Below are positions 57,909 through 64,000 of a stretch of 64,000 bases of DNA, in pieces. Origin of the DNA: an uncultured Candidatus Rokubacteria bacterium. Lineage in GTDB: Bacteria; Methylomirabilota; Methylomirabilia; Rokubacteriales; CSP1-6. The DNA lies in the NCBI GenBank assembly GCA_963747235.1, contig CAVVEU010000008.1, positions 448,001-512,000 of the forward strand. The letters are read 5' to 3'. The number at the start of each line of letters is the position of its first letter. Position 1 is the stretch's first letter. The notes beneath the pieces were generated by a model. That model saw only the letters and a list, made by a program, of their open reading frames with translations. It was not told the origin of the DNA and searched no databases. The translations under genes and the position numbers were made by a program.

Positions 57909-60881
57909 TCAGGCGGTGGGGCTGGGCGCGGTCTCGGCCTCGGCGGCCCGCGTGGGGTCGGTCATCTTGGAGAGGACCTCGCGCAGGGTGGCGAGCCGGA
58001 TCGGCTTCTTCACCACCATGTCCACCCCGTCCGGCTTCTCGCCGGCCGCGTTCATCAGATCGCCGAAGCCGGTGAGCAGGATGATCGGGGTGTCGGGCGC
58101 GATCTCCTTGACCATCGCGGCGAGCTGATCGCCGCCCACTTCCGGCATCGCCCGGTCCGTGATGACGAGCGCGTAGCGGCCCACCTTGAACTTCTCGAAG
58201 GCCTCGCGCCCGTTGACCGCGGTGTCCACCGTGTGGCCGTCGCCCATGAGGTACTCGCTGAGCACGTCGCGGGCGATCGGCTCGTCGTCCACCACCAGGA
58301 CGTGGAGCGGTCCGGAGGAGGGGCCCTGCGCGCGCGGCTGGATCTCGCGGGCGACGCTGGTGTCCGCGGGCAGCAGGACGATGAACGTGGTGCCCTTGCC
58401 CACGGTGGACTCGATGTCCATGGTGCCGCGGTGGCGCTTGACGATGCCGTACACCATGGGCAGGCCGAGGCCGGTGCCGCGCTCGCCCTTGGTGGAGAAG
58501 AAGGGCTCCAGGCAGCGGCGGCGCACGTCCTCGGTCATGCCGGTGCCGGTATCGCTCACCTCGAGGAACACCTGGGGCACCCGCGGGGCCAGCGGCGTCT
58601 CCTCGCTCGCGGAGGCCTCGCGCATGCCGGTGCGGATGCGGATCAGGCCGCCCTCGGGCATGGCGTCGACCGCGTTGAAGATGAGGTTGGCGAGCATCTC
58701 GCGCATCTCGGACTCGCTGCCCAGGATGCGGGGCACCGGCCGCATGTCGGCCTCCACCAGGATCGTGCGGCCGCTGCCGAGCGCCTCGTCGCGCCAGCGG
58801 GGGCGGGTGAGGGCCACCGCCTGCTCGACCATCTGGTTGAGCGAGAGCGGCCGGTAGGTCTCGCCCTCCTCGCGCTTGCGGTAGAACTCGCGCAGGCGGC
58901 TCACCACGCTCGCCGCGTCCTCCACACCGGTCATGATCAGCTTGAGGTAGCGGGTGGACTTGGGCGCGTCCTGGAGGATCTCGGGGTGCTCGAGCAGCAT
59001 CTCCGCGTAGCCGGAGATCGGCACCAGCGCGTTGTTGAAGTCGTGGGCGAGCCCGCTCGCCATCTTGCCGACCGCGTTGAGCCGCTCCTGCTCGATGATG
59101 TGCCGCTGCGTACGGTGCAGCTCGATGGCCACCGCCGCCTGCTTGGCGATGCCGTCGGCGAGGCGCAGGTCGTCCATCGTGAAGGCGTGCGCGTCGCGCA
59201 CCCAGGAGATGGCGAAGATGCCCAGGAGCTCGTCGCTGACCTGGACCGGCTGGATGAGGAGCGACGCCTGGGGCAGGAGCTGGAGCGCGGCCTGGTTGAA
59301 GCGCGGGTCCGTCTTGCTGTTGCTCGAGTGCAGCGCGGTGCGCAGGCGCTTCACGAGGTCGAGCAGCGGGTCGTCCGGGGCCAGCGGCAGGCCCGACAGC
59401 GGCTCGCGCAGGTCGCGCGGCACGTGGTAGCCCGCGAGCGGGATGAAGCGGTCGCCGCCGCCCGTCACGCACCACGCCACGCCGGTGTCGGCGCCGAGAA
59501 TCCGTACCATTTCTCTGGTAGTCCGGCGGACGGCCTCGGGGAGATCGGGGGCCGAGCCGATGGCCTGGCTGACCGCGAGCAGCGTCTCGGTCTGCTGCAG
59601 GCGCTGCTGGATCTCGTCGTAGAGCCGCGCCTTCTCGAGCGCCACCGCGGCCTGGGCGGCCAGCGTGGTGGCGAGGCGGATCTCCTCGTCGGTGAACACG
59701 TGGAGCGTCTTCAAGTGGTCCAGGATGAGCACGCCCGCGGTCCGGCCCTGGTGGATGAGCGGCACCACCAGCGCGGACTTGGCCTGGAAGAGCCCGACCC
59801 AGCCCTGGGGCACGCGCGGGTCGCTGCCCGGGTCGGAGATGACCACCGGCTCCTGGCGCCGTACCGCCTCGAGCAGGAACGAGGGCATCTCCTCGAGCGC
59901 GAGCGCGCGGAGGGTCTCGGCGCCGTCCGCGCCGCGGGCCGCGCCCGCGCGGTCGGCGAGCTGCGAGCTGACCGGGACCATGAGCTGGCCCGACTTGTCG
60001 CGCAGGAAGATCGAGCCGCGGTCCACTCTACAAGCGCGTGCCGCCCCGTGGGCGATGACCTCGAACAGCGCCTTCTGCTCGATCGCCGAGCCGATGGCCT
60101 CGGTCACCTCGAGCATCCGGTCGGTCTCCTCGGCGCGCTGCTTCACCGCCTTGAGCGCGTCGCGGAGCTGCTCGGTGGTGCGCTGCAGCTCCTGGGTGCG
60201 CTGCACCGAGCGCTGCGAGGTCGAGCTGGCCTCGGCCATCGTGCGCCGGTGGCTGCGCCAGGCCGCGGGCAGGAGGATCAGGCAGAGGATCCCGCCGGTG
60301 CCGAGGGCGATGTTCCAGGCGAGCAGGCTCCAGCGCTCGTGGGCCTGGTCCATGCGGAGCGGTGCCTGGGAGAGCTCGACCACGCCGACCACGCGCGCGG
60401 CGCCCGGGCTGTAGACGGGCACGAACAGGTCGGCCACGTTGGGCGAGACGAAGCTCTGGGCTTCCGCGTTCGGCGGGGCCACCGAGGAGAACCGGACCGC
60501 CACGCGGCCGTTGATGGCGTCACGGAGCTCGTGGCCGTCGGAGCGCTGGCCGATGAACCCGGACTGCACGGCCCACACCACCGTGCCCTGCGGGTCCCAG
60601 ACCTTGATGTTGACGACGCCGGGCAGCTCCCGGACGAAGCGCGCGCTCTCCTCGGCCCAGCGCTTGGGGCTGCGCGCGTTCTGGCCCGCGAGCAGCTCGG
60701 GCAGCCCGCTCCGGTCCACCGCGCGCTGGGCGACCGCGGCGGTCTCGGTCCACTCCGGCTCGGAGACGGCCATCTCGAGGAGCCACGACAGGCCGATCCC
60801 GAGCGCGCCGGTGAAGGCCACGATCCCGATGAGCCGCACCACGAGGGTGCGGGCGAGCCCGCGCAGGGTCAACCGAGCCAT
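57909..60881 (-). CDS. Hybrid sensor histidine kinase (TM sensor, two GAF, HisKA, HATPase, REC)
   Basis: GAF repeats; MASGLAHDFNN; NAVDAMP; DTGTG; GTGLGL; LVVDDE; ITDRAMP. Confidence 0.93.
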   Translation of the reverse strand: MARLTLRGLARTLVVRLIGIVAFTGALGIGLSWLLEMAVSEPEWTETAAVAQRAVDRSGLPELLAGQNARSPKRWAEESARFVRELPGVVNIKVWDPQGTVVWAVQSGFIGQRSDGHELRDAINGRVAVRFSSVAPPNAEAQSFVSPNVADLFVPVYSPGAARVVGVVELSQAPLRMDQAHERWSLLAWNIALGTGGILCLILLPAAWRSHRRTMAEASSTSQRSVQRTQELQRTTEQLRDALKAVKQRAEETDRMLEVTEAIGSAIEQKALFEVIAHGAARACRVDRGSIFLRDKSGQLMVPVSSQLADRAGAARGADGAETLRALALEEMPSFLLEAVRRQEPVVISDPGSDPRVPQGWVGLFQAKSALVVPLIHQGRTAGVLILDHLKTLHVFTDEEIRLATTLAAQAAVALEKARLYDEIQQRLQQTETLLAVSQAIGSAPDLPEAVRRTTREMVRILGADTGVAWCVTGGGDRFIPLAGYHVPRDLREPLSGLPLAPDDPLLDLVKRLRTALHSSNSKTDPRFNQAALQLLPQASLLIQPVQVSDELLGIFAISWVRDAHAFTMDDLRLADGIAKQAAVAIELHRTQRHIIEQERLNAVGKMASGLAHDFNNALVPISGYAEMLLEHPEILQDAPKSTRYLKLIMTGVEDAASVVSRLREFYRKREEGETYRPLSLNQMVEQAVALTRPRWRDEALGSGRTILVEADMRPVPRILGSESEMREMLANLIFNAVDAMPEGGLIRIRTGMREASASEETPLAPRVPQVFLEVSDTGTGMTEDVRRRCLEPFFSTKGERGTGLGLPMVYGIVKRHRGTMDIESTVGKGTTFIVLLPADTSVAREIQPRAQGPSSGPLHVLVVDDEPIARDVLSEYLMGDGHTVDTAVNGREAFEKFKVGRYALVITDRAMPEVGGDQLAAMVKEIAPDTPIILLTGFGDLMNAAGEKPDGVDMVVKKPIRLATLREVLSKMTDPTRAAEAETAPSPTA

Positions 60882-62623
60882 GAGGGACTCCCGTTGCGCT
60901 CGTCGGCGCCGAGGCTTGCGAGGAGCTCGGGCACGCGATCTCCCGAGACCGGTCGCGCGAAGTAGTAGCCCTGGCCCTGGTCGCAGCCGACCGCGCGGAG
61001 CTGGACGAGCTGGTCCTGCGTCTCGATGCCTTCCGCGGTGACCGTGATCCCGAGGCTGTGCGCGAGGCTGGTCACCGCCCGGATGATGGCGGTGTCCTCC
61101 GTTTCGTAGCCGACGCCCTTGACGAGCGATCGATCGATCTTGAGACAGTCCACCGGCAGGCGCTTCAGGTAGGACAGGGAGGCGTAGCCCGTGCCGAAGT
61201 CGTCGATGGCGAGGCGCACGCCTAGGGCTCTGAGGGCCTCGAGCCGGTCGAACATCCGCGGGTCGTCGCGCATCAGGACGGCCTCGCTGATCTCGAGCTG
61301 GAGTCGGCGCGGGTCGAACCCGGTCTCACGCACGATGGTCGCGACTTCGTCGGGAAGCGCGTCCCGCTCGAACTGGCCCGCCGAGAGATTGACGCTGACG
61401 ATCAACGGGGGCACGCCGGAGGACTCCGCCTGCCAGGCCCGCGCCTGGCGGCACGCCTCACGCAGGATCCAGCGGCCCATCGGCAGGATCAGGCCCGTCT
61501 CTTCCGACAGGCCGATGAAGTCGGCGGGAAGCAGCGCGCCGCGCCGGCGGTGGTCCCAGCGGACGAGGGCCTCGACCTCGACGGGACGCATCGTGCCCAG
61601 CGCGATCACGGGCTGGAAGCGCAGGCTCAGCTCCTGGCGCGCGCCCGCGGTGCGGAGATCGGCCTGGAGGTCCAGGCGCTCGCGGGTGGAGACGCTGAGG
61701 CCGGGCTCGTAGAGCTCGTACCGGGCGCGGCCCTCCGCCTTCGCCTGGTACATGGCCAGGTCCGCGTTGTGGAGCACCTCCTCCGGCTGCATGGATCCGC
61801 CGCCGGTGAGGGCGACCCCGATGCTCGCCGAGATCAGGACGTCGCGCCCGTCCACGACGAACGGCCGCTGGATCTCGGCGGAGACCTTCTCCGCCAGAGC
61901 GGTGGCGCCCCGGAGGTCCGAGGCGTCTTCCAGCAGCAGCGCGAACTCGTCGCCGCCCAGGCGCGCGACGGTGTCCTCCGGGCTCAGGCACCCGGCCAGG
62001 CGATGGCCGACCTCCACCAGGAGCCGGTCGCCGACCTCCTGGCCGAGCGTGTCGTTCAGGATCTTGAAGCGGTCGAGGTCGAGGAAGAGGACCGCCAGGT
62101 TGGTGCCGCCCCGCTCCGCCCGGGTCAGGGCATGAGTGAGGCGATCCATGAAGAGGGCGCGGTTGGGCAGCCCGGTCAGGGAATCGCGGAAGGCCTCGCG
62201 GGTGAGCTGGTCCAGCCGGCGCGGGAACTCGTTGATCTCCTGCGACTGCTGCTCGATCGTCGCGAGCATGCGCGCGAAGGAGCTCATGAGGGTGCCGATC
62301 TCGTCTTTACGCGAAGACTCCACCGGCAGCTCCGGGCTCTGCTCGTTGCTGAGCTGCGCGGCCCGCGAGAGCGCGGTGGCGATGTCCCAGACGATGAAGG
62401 CGCCGCCCGCCATGAGGAGCGCAGTGAAGGCGAGCAGCGCGGGAATGCTCACCGAGTCCTTCAGCCCCACGATCGGGCCCAGGAACTCGCGGACCGGGGC
62501 ATGGAACGCGTAGGTCAGGAGGAGCAGGGGGATGACCGAGCACAGGGTGAGGGCGAAGATCACCTTGCGCCGGACCTGCTGTCCGGCGAGCGCCACCTCG
62601 CGATTGATCGAGCCCTTGGTCAT
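60869..62623 (-). CDS. Membrane HAMP-GGDEF-EAL c-di-GMP enzyme
   Basis: DSLTGLPNR, RLGGDEF, EALVRW, DDFGTGYASL, LKIDRS, AEGIE, QGYYF. Confidence 0.95.
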   Translation of the reverse strand: MTKGSINREVALAGQQVRRKVIFALTLCSVIPLLLLTYAFHAPVREFLGPIVGLKDSVSIPALLAFTALLMAGGAFIVWDIATALSRAAQLSNEQSPELPVESSRKDEIGTLMSSFARMLATIEQQSQEINEFPRRLDQLTREAFRDSLTGLPNRALFMDRLTHALTRAERGGTNLAVLFLDLDRFKILNDTLGQEVGDRLLVEVGHRLAGCLSPEDTVARLGGDEFALLLEDASDLRGATALAEKVSAEIQRPFVVDGRDVLISASIGVALTGGGSMQPEEVLHNADLAMYQAKAEGRARYELYEPGLSVSTRERLDLQADLRTAGARQELSLRFQPVIALGTMRPVEVEALVRWDHRRRGALLPADFIGLSEETGLILPMGRWILREACRQARAWQAESSGVPPLIVSVNLSAGQFERDALPDEVATIVRETGFDPRRLQLEISEAVLMRDDPRMFDRLEALRALGVRLAIDDFGTGYASLSYLKRLPVDCLKIDRSLVKGVGYETEDTAIIRAVTSLAHSLGITVTAEGIETQDQLVQLRAVGCDQGQGYYFARPVSGDRVPELLASLGADERNGSPSWLG

Positions 62624-62650
62624 GGGTGCCGTCCAGGCGGTGTGAAATCG

Positions 62651-62666
62651 AGCAAGAGCGGTGCCA
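62651..62666 (-). promoter_or_regulatory. sigma54 (-24/-12) promoter
   Basis: Minus strand TGGCAC-CGCTC-TTGCT, 27 nt upstream of the ATG at 62623. Confidence 0.75.
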
Positions 62667-62680
62667 CGAAAAGGAGAGGC

Positions 62681-62693
62681 TAAGCGGTTGATA
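62681..62693 (-). promoter_or_regulatory. IHF binding site
   Basis: Minus strand TATCAACCGCTTA fits WATCAANNNNTTR, just upstream of the sigma54 box. Confidence 0.6.
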
Positions 62694-62753
62694 ACACGAG
62701 GGTCCGGAGTACGCCGGACCTTAAAAAACGTCCACGCGGACGACGATTTTCGT

Positions 62754-63293
62754 CTACGGCGCCTTCCAGACGGCGTTGCCCTCTCGATCGGAAAGCTGAA
62801 GGCTCGGGCTCAGGGTCGGGCTGGTGGCGACCGTGATCTGGGGCTTGCCCGGGTCGTTGCCGAGCGCCAGGCTCGATCCGGTCGGGGCCGCGACGAGCCA
62901 TCCCCGTTGCCCCCGGGCGGTGACCGAGAGCTGGCCGGTCTCGCCCGCGGCCGCGAGCTGGGCCTGGGCCCCCGCGCGACTGACCGAGAGGGCCGCGGAC
63001 TGCCCGGGCGTGACGGTCAGGTCCGCGGTGGTGGCGCCGTCACGGTCGGTGAGCGACAGGCGCGTGCGGTCGCTCTCGTCCACCGTGAAGACGGCGCGTC
63101 CCCGGCCCTCGCCGTCGGTGATCACGAGCCGGCGGGTCTTCACCTCGTCGGGATTCGTGGTGACGGTGGCCGCGATGGCGCCGAAGAGGCCCACGCCGGC
63201 GAGCGCGGCGACGCCGACGCGGCGCCACCAGCCGACCTCACGCTCGAGACGCTCCAGCCGTGCGTGCAGTCCATCGAGTGACGGCTCCCTCAT
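62754..63293 (-). CDS. Hypothetical membrane-anchored protein (coiled coil, TM, beta-strand repeats)
   Basis: RBS GGAGGA; LHARLERLERE; hydrophobic helix; repeated L.l.D.dG units. Confidence 0.65.
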   Translation of the reverse strand: MREPSLDGLHARLERLEREVGWWRRVGVAALAGVGLFGAIAATVTTNPDEVKTRRLVITDGEGRGRAVFTVDESDRTRLSLTDRDGATTADLTVTPGQSAALSVSRAGAQAQLAAAGETGQLSVTARGQRGWLVAAPTGSSLALGNDPGKPQITVATSPTLSPSLQLSDREGNAVWKAP

Positions 63294-63445
63294 CGCGCTT
63301 CCTCCCCCTGCTGGGCCCGGTGGTGTGTGGTGTCGGGGTCGCCGCGCCTTGACCCCCCTCGACCCGGCATGTTACACAAGGGCGGCTTCCGATGACGCCC
63401 TCGCTTCCCGTTGCCGTGCCCGACCGACTCCGAGGAGAACCGACC

Positions 63446-64000
63446 ATGCATCGTTGCCTGGCTCTCGTCGTCGCCCTCTGCCTGGCCGCCGTTCTGGGCG
63501 CGCCGTCCGTCGCCCCCGCGCAACCCGTCATCGTGTGGAAGGCGGGCACGGCGACCGCCGGCGGCAACCCGCTGAATGACACGATGGAGATCTTCTCGAA
63601 GCAGATGGCCGAGCGAAGCCGGGGGCGGGTCAAGGTCGACGTGCACATCGCCAACGCGCTGGCCAAGGGCGAGGCCGCGCATCTGGAAGGCGTGCAGCTC
63701 GGCACCATCGACGTGGCCGCGATCGGCAGCGCGCCGGTGGGCGGCATGTTCGAGCCTTCCTACCAGGCCCTCGACCTGCCGTTCCTCTGGGCCACCCGCG
63801 AGCAGGTGTGGAAGGTCATGGACGGGCCGCTCGGCCAGGAGCTGCTCAAGAAGATGGAGGCCAAGAACCTGAAGGCCTTCTGCTTCGGCGGCGGCTGGGG
63901 CTTCCGCAACATGATGTCCAACAAGCGCGCGATCACGACGCCGGAGGACATGAAGGGGCAGACCATCCGGGTGCAGGAGTCGCCCACCTACGTGGCCATG
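63446..64000 (+). CDS. TRAP transporter substrate-binding protein DctP (truncated by window end; absent from the ORF track)
   Basis: RBS GAGGAG; signal peptide; ERSRGRVKVDVH, EGVQLGTID, LDLPFLW, WGFRN, PEDMKGQTIRVQESP. Confidence 0.88.
   Translation, partial: MHRCLALVVALCLAAVLGAPSVAPAQPVIVWKAGTATAGGNPLNDTMEIFSKQMAERSRGRVKVDVHIANALAKGEAAHLEGVQLGTIDVAAIGSAPVGGMFEPSYQALDLPFLWATREQVWKVMDGPLGQELLKKMEAKNLKAFCFGGGWGFRNMMSNKRAITTPEDMKGQTIRVQESPTYVAM

Noticed and set aside
62701-62728. Hairpin plus A/T tract as an intrinsic terminator
   Set aside because: On the transcribed minus strand the T-run precedes the hairpin; kept only as a possible protein-binding palindrome
63349-63378. sigma70 promoter for the final dctP gene
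   Set aside because: TTGACC is present but the -10 candidate (TTACAC/TACACA) is too weak to call

Overview
Very GC-rich bacterial chromosomal window, densely packed with about 60 metabolic, transport and signalling genes. No rRNA, tRNA, CRISPR or mobile element is recognisable. The gene style (many ABC/TRAP binding proteins, LLM oxidoreductases, SDRs, overlapping start/stop chains) suggests a Rokubacteria/Methylomirabilota-like soil organism, which is inference only. Many genes carry apparent single-base frameshifts that look like long-read consensus errors, so the ORF track splits or fuses real genes. The main hidden signal is selenium biology that the ORF track misses. (1) A PrdB/GrdB-family reductase has an in-frame UGA in a U-x-x-C motif (23346-23348). 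It is chained to a ferredoxin-reductase-like flavoprotein, a CCG Fe-S protein and a CoA-transferase, with no PrdA/GrdA partners in the window. (2) A DsbA/FrnE-family protein has an in-frame UGA in DYV-U-PWC (38789-38791, minus strand). It shares a gene chain with the selenium-cofactor gene yqeC, a class V PLP lyase and an N,N-dimethylformamidase large-subunit homologue. Both UGAs are followed 11-12 nt later by hairpins with the same AC-CGUG(G/C)-GU apex, which are candidate SECIS elements. Also present are a LacI-controlled Rieske/extradiol dioxygenase cluster with a visible operator, a sigma54 + IHF promoter for a GGDEF-EAL/hybrid kinase pair, and several apparently leaderless promoters.
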